This document shows, piece by piece, positions 39,811-52,099 of a stretch of 64,000 nt of DNA. Source of the DNA: Geosiphon pyriformis uo1. Taxonomy: Eukaryota > Fungi > Glomeromycota. The notes beneath the pieces are model-generated. The model did no database searches, was not told where the DNA came from, and was given only the letters and a program-made list of their open reading frames with translations. Location: positions 62,001 through 126,000 of the forward strand of contig JAAOMT010000139.1 of assembly GCA_016748015.1 (NCBI GenBank), given 5' to 3'. Each line of letters starts with the position of its first letter. Within the stretch, counting starts at the first letter, position 1. Made by a program: the position numbers and the translations under genes.

Positions 39811-40793
39811 TATTACCAGACAAAATTAGAGATATTGTTTAGCATAAAATTACCCTTATAAATCTTATCATTAATTAGCATATATTATCATTTCAAATTA
39901 TTACTTATTACATTAACAAAATGTCCAAAATTATCATTTAATTAATAATCTAATTTGTACATAACACAAATGTAACCTAAGTGTGATAATTAATCATGCA
40001 ATATCCCGAAATATGTAACATTCAAAAGTTCACCAAAATTTGTAGAAATTTGCTGAAATAATTGATAGTTTACTGAAATATCTAATAGTTTGCAGAAATA
40101 ACTTGTAGTTTGCTAAAATATATCTTTAGTTCAGCGAAATTATAGAAAAGAGCAAAGTTCAAGTTCATGGAATAGTGTTACAACAAGTTGTATAAAAAAA
40201 AGCTTCTCTCTTCAAAAAAATATATCTTACTTTAGATTTATTACTTAGAACCATTTCTACACACACAAAAAGAAATAAATATTAAATAATTCGAAAAACC
40301 AAATTCTTTAATTATTGTACTTGGAAAATTCCCAAAACCCAACTAACATTTTGAAATTGATTAGCTACCAATTTCAGTAAAACTGTTAGTGACTCCAGGC
40401 CTGAATAGAAAACATTTCCTTTAACAGAATTCTATTTCTTTTATATTTTTTTTATTTTTTTTCTTTTATTTTCTTATTATAATCAATAGAGTAGCCTACA
40501 GACGAGATTCCTGTAGAAGAGTTGACTTTTACACCAAAGTAACTACACATTTTTAGTGAACTTTCAGATAAACAATTCCTGGGAAAGAGTTGATGTTTAC
40601 TACAACATAACTACATAAAGCAACTGGCACGGAATTGGCCATTCCACTTATAAGTCCAGCAGTTCAAATTATAGGAGATAATTTGAAGATAAAATTCAGT
40701 TATTGGAGGTTCAAACACTTCCCATAGTCATGAATTAACAGCATTACAACAAACATACAAGAGCTAAAAAGAGACCAAAAACATCTGGTAACA
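39811..40793 (+). repeat. 3' LTR of element C (983 bp)
   Basis: Repeat of 30712-31681, directly after the PPT. Confidence 0.93.
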
Positions 40794-42117
40794 GTGTTAA
40801 AATTTCCAGTTTGGTGTTTTTTACTATGACAGAGTTGCAAGCTATTTTGTTGGCACTTGAATATGTCTCTTTTTCTAGTTCAATTCAACTTTTCTCAAAC
40901 AGCCAGACTGCTTTGGATGTTTGCAAATCAGAATTGGTTTTAATATATTCAGACTTTCAAAACAGATGTTGAATTGAATGTTATTATATTGTGGGCATTA
41001 TTTATAAAAAAAATTTGGATGTCAGTTGGCATAAAGTAAAAGATCATTTAGGTGTTTTGGGCAATGAACATATTGATACATACATAAAGACTGCTTCTCT
41101 TTCTAATTAGTATCTCTCTTATTAGATTAAATAGCATTATGTCAGAGCTAGTGGTAGTATTGTTTCTGGTAATTCTAGACATTTTATTCATGATGTTTTC
41201 TATTTTATTTATCATGTATGCTAAGAGGTTCTAATTCTTAGGTTGTGGCAAAAAATCTGCATGTAAATATTGATTGGTTTATATTATCATCAGTATAGCA
41301 TCTTGATTTTCATTTGGCTGCCAGTTTTACTAGTAGATGTACTGTTAGTGTTCATATGTATTTTATGAAGACTTTACATTACTGACTTTCTATTACTGTT
41401 TATAAGTATTTATACAACAAATGTTATCCCAATGTGATATGTTTATTTTGTGGAGATGTTGAGGTCTTGAACCATGCTTTTTCTTGCTCATTTAACTTTG
41501 CTGTTTATGCTCAGTTATTGAACACTTATGTGACTGATTGGAAAATACTTTCTGGTCTTTTTTATTCCTTTTCATGCATATTGTAGTTGTTGTTTTTCTG
41601 TGTTTCTGATATTGCAGTGTGTATGGCTCTGTATAAGAGTTTTGTTTTTAATGATTAGTACTAAGAGTTTCTTTCTGTTTTTAAGAATTCTAAGATTGTA
41701 AGCCAAAAAATTGTGAACTTTGTGCACAAATTTTGTCTTGTGTTTTAGAATAAAATCTGGTTGGCTTATGCTAAACACCAGACTTTTATGGAAAAAAATA
41801 GACTGATCTCATGTAATGAGTCAATTTCAATTTCAATAGCTAGGCTTTTTTTAGTGATTTTAATTAGTGTAGTTAAATTATTAAATATTGCTGAAGTTTT
41901 TGGTGTTAGTTTTGGACTACATAAATTTTATTTGTTTTTTTTAGACATAAATAGCTTGGTTTTAGTTCATATAGGTGCTTGGTGTTGTCCTAATTAACCT
42001 AAATGGCTGGTCACATATAGAAAATGCATAATTTACACCTAGTTTAAATTGCCTATATATAATGTATTGTATTAAGCAGTGTTTAGATCTCACTTGTTAA
42101 ATGTTAATAAAAAAAAT
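40794..42117 (+). mobile_element. LINE-1 segment 4: RNase H, C-terminal Cys finger, 3' UTR and A-rich tail
   Basis: TMTELQAILLALE, VKDHLGVLGNE, CLFCGDVEVLNHAFSC; tail AATAAAAAAAA at ~42107-42117. Confidence 0.88.
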
Positions 42118-42249
42118 ATATATTAACAATTTGCCAATTAATAAAAATAAATACAGTTTTATTAATATTAATTAAAATATTATTAATTTTAAAAAATTTA
42201 CTTATAATATTTAAAATATTTTAAGTATTAATATAACTATTACCAACTT

Positions 42250-44580
42250 AAATAATATTATTAACAAAGATATTTATAGTTAAATAAAATATAAAATTTG
42301 TGTAAATACTTTGTCTTTTTAGTTTTATGATCATAACCAGTGCAAAGAATAAAAAAGCTATATTTAATATTTTTCTTAAGATATCTAATAAAATTTTAAT
42401 CAGAGAAGCTCTTTCTATTGTAAAAGCTACTAAACAAATATTTTAAAGACTTTTCTTTTAAATATTTATAGTAAAAGATTGTTTTTAATAACTTTTAAAA
42501 TATCTTTTTTATCTTTGACTAGTTCTTTACTAATCAAAGTTTTTTTAAAGAAACATACTTAGATTAGTTTTAGTATTGTCTTTACTTTTTTAAAAAGCCC
42601 AAAAATTTTTAATAACAAATCAGTTAACAAACTGGTTTTTTTTCCATAGTTTTTATACTAGATACTACTAGTACTTCTTTAAAAAAAATGATTAAAAAAA
42701 CCAAAAGTTTAGACAAGTAAAAACAGTTATTTACCTCTGCTATTATTACATTCAACTTTTTTGTAATTCCTAATAAGATCTTAGATAAGATTTCTGTTGT
42801 ATTATCTAGCATATTATTCAAAATAGATCAAAATCAACCATTAATTGTATTGCCAAATATGGTTTTTTCTGACAAATTATTACTGGTTTTAAAAGCAAAA
42901 TAACAGTCTCTTATTGGATCATTTGTTCTTAAAAACTGGACTGATTAAATAGAAATTAATTCAATTTTTTCTTTAATTTCTGGTGTTATTACTGGTAATT
43001 TTTAGAAAATTATTGCTAATTGTCAAAGATTTGCTAAATAAATAACTTCTACTTTAATGCTTAGTACTACTTTCAAGATTAAATTGGCTTATATTAAGAC
43101 TGTTTTTCAGTCTGTACATGGTTTTTTAAATACAAAGTCAATATTTAAGAACAATGTAAAGCTTTTTTGTATAGAGTTTGCTTTTCAAAAGTCTTTAAAA
43201 ACTGCTTTTTTGGTTGAGTTTATAAACTTTATTTGTTTAGTTACTCATAAAATTATCAAGTTTTTGGTGGTTTCTAAGTCTGGTTTCCTTTTTGCTATTG
43301 TTATACTGTATAATATACCTTTAAGTTTATTTGCTGCTAATATTAAAACAGTTCTTAATGTGTTTGGTGAAATTACTTATATTATGCTAAAACCTATTGG
43401 CATTTAATAATATGTAATTGTTTATTTTAAAAAACTAAACTTTGCTGTTTTTGCTTCAAATTATTGGTTAGTTTTAATGGACAAAAATAGTATTAAAATT
43501 CTCTCTTTGGTAAATAAAATAAGATTATTTTGTTTTGTAATAAATTTAAGACCAAGTTGATTAATCTTTTCTCTGGCTGTATTGTCTTTAAAATCAATAA
43601 TATAATTTCTCAAGTTAATAGTCAAACATGTTTTATTTTTTACTTTCTTAATTCTGGTTATTGTTCTTAATTTGCTCTGATTATATTTAGATATCAGATT
43701 AATTTGGATGCTATAGTTGTCAGAATTAATATGCTAAAAAAATGTTATATCTGATAGAAAACTTTTGGAAATTAGTACTGTTTTTAATGTTAGAGTTTGA
43801 ATTATCTGGCTTTAAATTATAAGATGTCTTTATCTTTGTTTTTTAAAATTCTTAAGACTTTTGTTTTTTATATTGTTGACAACAAGTTTTATGTCAAAGC
43901 TACTGTTTTTGTGTCTTTTTTGGTTTTTTGTTCTTCTGTTAATTTAGTTTTTCTTATTAATATAATATCTAATAATTTTGTGATTTTTTCTTAGTTAATC
44001 TTTTTGGAATCTGAGTTGGTCAAACTTTCTGCTTTGATTAATTCTATTGTTAAGCCAATTAATTCTATAATTAAAGTATTTGAATAATTTATTAATGAGA
44101 ATTTAAGTTCAAGTAGTGCTCTTGGCCTTAAAATTAATAAAGTTTTAATACATATAGATATTTTTAGCAAGACTATTAGTAAGCTAAAATAGAAGATAAT
44201 GACTTTAAAAACTGAGTATAGCTTTAAAAACATTGATATGTTTGGCTTTTATAGAAGTTTGTTTTTTGTTAATAATAATGTTTTTTCTAATTTAATGTCT
44301 CTTTGAGAACATAAATTTGCTATTATTAAGATTGATGCCATAAAAATAACTAAATAACTGGTTAAATTAGTTAATAATAGTGCTATATTGTTTGAAATTA
44401 TTCAAAAAATGTCTTTTTTGAATAAGTTTTTTTCTAAAATATTAATATAATATAGTTAAATAGCTAATTATATGTAAAAAGTACATAAACTACACTTAGT
44501 TTAAACCTCTTAGTTTGTTTTAAAATCTTAGATAGTGGTTGAACCATATTTATTAGAACTTAATAAAAAAAAATAAAAAA
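42250..44580 (+). mobile_element. ORF1-only (HAL1-like) non-autonomous retroelement; pseudo-ORF ~42327-44450
   Basis: ~700-codon degraded frame with LINE-ORF1-like blocks (LYNIPL..IKTVLNVFGEI; WLVLMDKNSIKI) and a damaged CCHC knuckle (~43779-43820); no ORF2; ends in the LINE-1 3' motif (44458-44505) and an A-rich tail. Confidence 0.7.
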
Positions 44581-44584
44581 TAAA

Positions 44585-45593
44585 TTTTTTTTCTTTCTTA
44601 TGTTCTAAATTCTTTAAAGAGCACATTTTTGAAAAAAAATTAATTTTTTTTTATTATTTTTTTGCAATATTTTTCAACAAATAATTTTTTTGTGATAAAC
44701 TTGGTAACTGTCTTAGATAGCAATATGTCTAAAAAAAAAGTGCTTAAAAATATTTTTCACAGTTTTGTTAAAGACTTTTTCTCTTAAAAAAAAAGATTTC
44801 TGTTGGTAATATCAAACACTCTGATAATAAAAAAGATATTTTTTTGATCAAATCTGGTGTTGGTAATAGTATATATTTAAATATAAACAGTAAATTAGAT
44901 AATAGTAAAGATAATAGTATTTTATTAAATGTTAATAATAACTCTTTTCTTGGCTTAATAGCAACTATTTCTAAAGCTAAAAGAGTGAATATTGATTTGA
45001 AATATAGTTTTCTTATTAACATAATTAATTATAGTATAGATGAAAATAAAAAACTTTTTTCTCTCTTTTTCAATATTTCTTTAAATAAAAGATAGATTAA
45101 CTTAAAAATTGTGAAAACTCAAATCAAAGTAGCTGTAAAAAAATTTTTTATACTGAATATTAATTTTTTGACAATAGAAAAAAAATCAACAATTATAAAA
45201 ACTCAGATGATCAAAATTTTTTTTTCAATAATCAATGGTTTTAAGAGAGCCACTACTTTGTTAAAATTTGAAAAAATAATCAGATCTATATTTATATTAA
45301 AAAAAAACATAAGAAAAGCTGTATTATTAATTGAGAAAAAAAGAATTATTATAAACAACAATTTTAAAAAACAAAAATTTTATTCAGATTGGACTGTGGT
45401 AATCAAAAAAATTTTTATAAATATGTTAAAAAAAATAATTATCATAGTTTTTTCCAAGTTTGGTCAAGTAATATCAATCCAATTACAACTAATTAAGCTG
45501 TGACAAAAGACTATAGTAGAATTTGTCAAATTAAGTTAACTCAATTAATTGGTATCTAAGTAGTTATTTCTAATTGATAAAAACTTAATATGT
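44585..45593 (+). mobile_element. LINE-3: 5' UTR and N-terminal ORF1, truncated by element E
   Basis: ORF1 ATG ~44725; peptide 45111-45503 (SDWTVVIKKI...FSKFGQVISIQLQLI) is homologous to LINE-1 and LINE-2 ORF1. Confidence 0.8.
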
Positions 45594-47640
45594 TATTACC
45601 CAAGTAGAAAAACCAATTTAAAGTTATAAAAAAAATGTGACCAAAAACATAATGACATAAAATAACACAGAATAATACAAAAAAACACAGAATAATACAG
45701 AATAACTTAAAATAACATAATACAAAACTTGATAATATGTTATAACACAAAATAACTAATTGAAACATAAGATAATTAGTAATAATATAGAAAAATAAGA
45801 CAATAACAGAAATAGCAAAGCAATAACTAACAAGAATAAAACAATTTTGTAAAACCAAAAAAAATGTATAAAAATGAGTAGTTGTAAAAGTTAAAAAAAC
45901 AGCCAGAAAAGAATTAATTTTTCTTTTCCTTATAATTATTACATTTTATAAAAATAAAAGACTTATTTAAAAACTCAAAATCATTAATACATAGTTATCA
46001 ATTATTTTATGCTTGAATTGAATTAATTCTTGTTTTATATTTTTGTTCCAGAACAAATGTTCTTAGTATAAATGTCTTGAACCCTTAATAATCTGAACCA
46101 ATCACTCTTGATTATGACAATTGACAATATTAATTTATTTATTTTTATTTTTTTTTATTCTCTCTTATAAAGCAGCAACATAGAAAAATTGACTATCTGA
46201 AAATAGATTTTATAATAACCTGATAAAAAAAGGAAGCTTTTCCTAAGTTTGGATATTAATATTATTTTAATAGCTTATTAGAAGGGCAAAAAAACACAGC
46301 CAAATCCTAATAAATACACTTATTAGCTTGAAAAAGATAGCTTATATTCACATACAAGAAGTTACAATACCATAAAACATCTCTTTGTGCCTTATAACCA
46401 AAGAATTCCATGAGTAAATTCATATTAATCAAATAAATTTTTAAAGACTAATAATACTAATATACCAAAAAAGCCTACCAAAAAAAAATCATCAAAAGTT
46501 TTCTAAAAACCCAAATTTTGAGCACTAAACATTACTATTATACTTTACCTAGTTTACCTATAACATTTAGTGTTCTTTGTAAGATTATAAAATCCACAAA
46601 AACAGAGCACCCCAAAAATTTACAAAAGTAATGATTATTAAGACAGTAAAAAAAGATCACTTACCATATAGAAAATCCTTATTTCAATATTTTAGGAAAG
46701 ACTTAGAGATACTATCAGAAACTATTAATGCAGAAACTAATTTCTGTTATTACTTGTATAACAAAATTAACTGTTTATTAAGCCAAGCAATGAACACAAA
46801 AAAACTCGAAAAACAAATTTATTAAAAGTTATTGACATACTTAACAGAAATTACTACTTGAGTCATAGCTAAAACTCTTCATATAATTGATAAAAAAATT
46901 GAAGAATACATAACATAACAGTATTCTCAAGTAAAAGGAAAACAAATAGCAAAGTCTGATTTTATAGAATCTGAGTCTGAATTTAATAATACAATAGTTG
47001 CATAAAAACAAGTCCAATTTACAGTTAACAAGAAATCAAGATTTTTTTTTTCAACTATTCTGTTATATTATCAGACATCAAAAAGTAGAATTTTATTTAA
47101 CCAACTTATAGAAATACAAACAAAAACTCCTGGAACTCTGTATCTCTAAGGTTATAACAATCAAAATTCTTAGAAAAATACAAATTATTATTTTGAAATC
47201 TTATCTCAACAGCCAACCAACTTAGTGAAAGCATATTTTTTTGGGCACTACCACTAATACAGCTCCTAACAAAGTTAACAACCACTCCTACAAAAGAAAT
47301 AACTATCTTGTTACTTATTAGTTTTAACAAAAAAAAACAACCAACATTAGCACTTAAAGAACAATATAATACACTACCACCAAACCTTTTGTTATTAGCA
47401 AGTCAACTACCTTTTGTTCCTTAAATAATAGCTTACTGAGATATTGTTAAATTGAAGAAATTCTCTAATAAAAAAGATAATATATATACTTGAATAGTAA
47501 AAGCCAAAAAAGCAACTATTGCTAACAATTAGGATAATACCAAAATCATTTAAGTGCTGCTTTTTTTTTTGACAGGAACTACAGACTTCTGATACCAAAG
47601 TCTCAAAGAAAAACCAACTAGTTTTGCTGCTTTTAAACTT
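45594..47640 (+). mobile_element. Truncated B-family Gypsy element E (5' LTR 45594-46565, PBS, gag start)
   Basis: LTR homologous to B LTRs and ending ATAACA at 46565, followed by TTTAGTGTTCTTTGTAAG; gag KDHLPYRKSLFQYFRKDL matches B; breaks off within capsid at ~47640. Confidence 0.88.
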
Positions 47641-50600
47641 AAAAACAACAGGTTATGGATCTTAAAAAGCATCAAACCATTATGCTTAATCAGATTTCTT
47701 TTCTATAAATACTTTGTATTTAGTTTTTACCATCTAAATTTTAATATGGTAAGTTGCTTTTAAGCTTTACACAAAATTTACAAATTTTTTACTGGCAATC
47801 TTAATACTATCAAAAATAAACACAGCTTTTAAGTATCATTTTTTGAACAAAAAGCCTTTACACAATATAGTATATACAATATTATCAGAAATACACAAAA
47901 AAAGCATCTGCAAAATCCAAAACAATGGTAGGCTTAAACTTAACATGATACTCTACTGAAATAAAAGTGACCTAAGCAAGTTTTTGTGAATCTTAGAGTT
48001 TATTATACACACAAAAAAGTGATTAGAATTCTTTATTTTTCCACAATAAAAACACAATATACTAGAATACTCCTTATATATAAATGCTTTTAAACAGTAA
48101 CTAGTAGGTAATAGTGTAAAGCTTTTATAAAATACAAATACAAACTAGTTGTAAACTTACTCATAAAACTCACTTTCATATGTAAATTAGGATGTAAAAT
48201 TAAAACAATTAAACTCAACCCATATTGTTAATTAAGCTTTTATTAACAACATCAAATGCAGATCTGATCTTCTAACAAACACAATAAACAATTCTAAAAA
48301 TTCCATAAATAAAATAACAAATATTTTCAGATATTACCACATCACCAATCCTAATAAATTTTTTTTTAACTAGAACAAAAAGCACTAAATTTAAACTAGT
48401 AGCTGAATTGGCTAGCTTATTAGTATATTTATTGCTCAAAATACTTAAATGTTTCTTAATTTTGTACCAAAAGATGTTAAGCTTCTTATCTCTAATAGAA
48501 TTTACAATACTTTATCTTTTTATTTAATAACAATTGTAAAAATCTGGCAAAGCCAAATTCAACTTCATAGCACAAGCATTTAAAACAATCTGATTATTTA
48601 AATACATTACAACAGAACTGTCAACAAAAACACACTTCAAAGCCAAAACAATTGCCTGCAATTCTGTTATTATAGAGAAAACCAACTCATTAATATTAAT
48701 ACTAACTTTTACATTCAAGTTAAAAAAAAATGCAGCCATGTTATATCTCATTTTATGCATATCCAAATTTCTTAAAAACCCATCTATATAGACATTAATG
48801 ACATCTAAATCCATGTTAAAAATACACTGTATTATTTCAGAAATATTACCAGAATTGCAAATGTTCAAAAATTCAGAATTAGCATCAAATAACTTAACAG
48901 AAAAAAGAGATACAAACCTGATCAAGAAATTACATATCAATTTAAACCAACTAGGAACCAGATTTCTTAGATTGAGTTTTTTCTAATAGTAAAATGTTTT
49001 TTAATCAAAAACCAATTCTTTTTTATTATACAATTGATTAATAAATGCAACTTTAAACTTCATAAGTAAACATAAAACCTTAAATTTTCCAAAACATTAA
49101 ACATTAAAATGTTGCCTAAAAAATGCAATGCAGATAGAAAATTATTATTAAATAATATATTATAATCCAAAAAAATCTTTATTACACTAATTAAAAAATT
49201 GTTAACCAGACTGATTCTTGGTTTTACAAGGTAATATAAAGGGTAAATAAAAGACCAACTCAGAATCTGCAAATCTAAAGATCTATAATCAAACAGACAA
49301 CCAAAAATTCTACTAATATTTGAGAAATTCAACACAAAAGCTGTTTTATTCTTAAACTGTAATTGTTTAAATGACTTCAAATCATATAATAACAGATAAT
49401 AAAAAATCTTGTTAAGAAAGTTCTTTGGCAAGCCAGCTTTTATTTTTAAATCTTTTTTATTAGCATATCTCACTTAATACATATATTTTTAAAGATAAAA
49501 CTAAACTAAATTCTATAACTAACTATAAACTGCAATATAGCTAAGACCAAATAAAAAAACTGCTTGTTTGAGACAGCTTTTTTTAAAACCAAATTAACAA
49601 AAAACCTGATATCTAAATAAGTCTTTGCTAAACTGAATTTGAATAAGCCTTTAAAAGACAAAAAATACCAAAATATCTATAAAACTTTCTTTTATATGCA
49701 ACTAAAATAACAAATCACTAATTGATAATAAAATATTCTTAATTTTTTGATTGATAGAGATGATTATTATCTTATTATTATTGAATAAAATATCATTGAT
49801 TTTAAAAAAACTATTTACAATATCTAAAATATATTAAGTAATTACCTGACTACTTCTAATCTAAATTATGTTATTAACAAAAACACCAGTTATTAAAAAT
49901 AAAGTTAATTTACCCTAACTCTTCAATCTGTTAGTCTTAACAACAAACTTAATATCAATACAGTAGTTATATAAACTCTTTTGTCATTTGACTTTACATA
50001 AGAAAGAATCATAAAAATTTTTTCAGAGCAAAGAAAAAAAAACTTCACCTTGGTCCAGACTATTGTACATATAGTACCCATTTGTTAAATTATAATTAAT
50101 CATAATTTGATTGACCTTATTATCATAAATTCTCTAAAAAAATCGAATAAACAGCTTGCATATTTTAATCTTAACCAAACTATTTCTCAGATAATACCAA
50201 ATTACAAAGTCATAAGCCTTTTACATATCTTGTAAGACTAACTAAAGCTTATGATTCTTTTCTAAAACATTCTCAACCACTGAACCAATGGCAAAAATAG
50301 AAAACTGAATAGCAATATCTTTTAATACAGAAAAATTGTCATTATAAAGAACATTAAATTTATTATAAACCAAAAAGATTCTATTAGAAAGCAATTTGGA
50401 AAAAAATTTTTAAGTAGTCTTAATTAATATAATCAGTTTAGTATTAGTCAGAACACTTTTTTACTTATATAATTTAGAAATTATTGACACTTAAGTTTTT
50501 TTTTAAGGTTAAAATACAAATTTACATACTAAACAAAGATTTAAAAAATCCAAAAACATAATAAGTACTAAACTATTATAATGTTTCCATAATTTATTTA

Positions 50601-51137
50601 TAATATCAGACAAATCAACAATCTTTCTATTAGATAGGTCTTTGATCATACACACTAAGTTATTATAACTGATAATATTTATAATATTAGAAAATATAGC
50701 ATTGTCAATATGAACCAAAGACAGATATTAATAATATCACAGATTAGGAATATTATTCAACACTTCTCTTTTTTTTGTCCAATCCTCCATAATAGCATCA
50801 ACTTTAGATTTAATCTTGACAAAATTCAGAATTAAATCATTATTAGCAATTAAATAATCCAATATTACTTTATAGAAAAGATGCTTCAACACACTTTTGA
50901 TTATATAGTTCTTGTTAACAGCAAAGCTCTTTATTTTTTTGTTGATAGCAAATTTAATATTAACCTCCTTAATTCTTAAAAACTTAGCAAGTTTATAGAC
51001 ATAATATGATTTTCTTATATCATAAAAAACAAATCTTACACAATTAAAATCAGCACCCAAATCCAATAGAACCTGAATAATCAAAGCCTTATTATTGTTC
51101 AAAAATGTTCAGCAACTTATCAAGTAATTAAATTTGC
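47641..51137 (-). mobile_element. LINE-2 3' portion (ORF2 RT, RNase H, Cys finger), 3'-truncated
   Basis: Minus strand: LQDM*KAYDFV (~50235), LDQGEVFFSLL (~50060), VYIDGFL and ITELQAIVLALKC (ORF 48524-48940). Confidence 0.88.
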
Positions 51138-52093
51138 TGTTACCAGACAAAATTAGAGATATTATTTAGCATGAAATTATCTTATAATTCTTATCATTAA
51201 TTAGCATATATTATTGTTTCAAATTATCACTTATTACATTAGCAAAAATGTCCGAAATTATCATTTAATTAATAACCTAATTGCAATGATTAATCATGCA
51301 ATACCCCGAACTATATAACATTCAAAAGTTCACCGAAATTTGTAGAAATTTGCCAAAATAATTGATAGTCACCGAAATATCTAATAGTTTGCAGAAATAA
51401 CTTGTAGTTCGCCGAAATATATCTTTAGTTCAGCGAAATTGTAGAAAATAGCAAAGTTCAAGTTCATAGAATAGTGTTATGACAAGTTGTATAAAAGAAG
51501 AGCTTCTCTCTTCCAGAAAATGTATCTTACTTTAGATTTATCACTTAGAACTACTCCTACACACACAAAAAAAAATAAATATAAAATAATTCGAAAAACC
51601 AAAAACTTTTTAATTATTGCACTTGGAAAATTTTCAAAACTCAACTAACGTTTTGAAATTGATTAGCTACCAATTTCAATAAACTGTTAGTGACTTCAGG
51701 CCTGAATTGAAAACGTCTCTCTTAACAGAATTCTATTTCTTTTACATTTTTTTTATTTTCTTTTTATTTTCTTACTATAATTATTAAGGTAGCCTACAGA
51801 TAAGATTCCTGTAGAAGAGTTGACTTTCACAGCAAAGTAACTACACATTTTTTTTAGTGAGCTTCCAAATGAGCATTTCCTGAGAAAGAGTTGACATTTA
51901 CTACAATGTAACTACATAAAGCAACTGGCATGGAATTGGCTATTCTACTTATAAGCCCAGCAGTTCAAATTATAGAAGATAATTTGAAGATAAATTCAGT
52001 TACTGGAGGTTCAACCACATTCAGAAAACATGAATTCACAGCAAACAAGCATCGACAATATTTAAGAAAAGAGACCAAAAACCTCCAGTAACA
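51138..52093 (+). repeat. 5' LTR of element D (956 bp)
   Basis: Repeat of 60031-61014 with a 28-bp deletion. Confidence 0.95.
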
Positions 52094-52099
52094 TTTGGT

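Larger units (their letters stand above)
30712..40793 (+). mobile_element. Full-length Ty3/Gypsy LTR retrotransposon C (A/D family; inactivated; spans an assembly gap)
   Basis: LTRs 30712-31681 and 39811-40793; PBS TGGTGCTCTTCCACGG (31684); PPT GAGGAGGTTA; CCHC at ~33134; dUTPase with all five motifs (35080-35475); RT YLDD (~36505); integrase; ORF3 38869-39588. Confidence 0.95.

Noticed and set aside
39413-39900. Apparent tandem duplication of ORF3 end, PPT and LTR start in element C
   Set aside because: The 234-bp copies flank a 20-N gap and appear identical in a region where real repeats diverge quickly; this is an unmerged contig overlap.
42001-44505. The two 48-bp matches as LTRs flanking the ORF1-only element
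   Set aside because: No TG..CA termini, PBS or PPT; each copy follows an ORF end and precedes an A-rich tail, which fits shared 3' UTRs.
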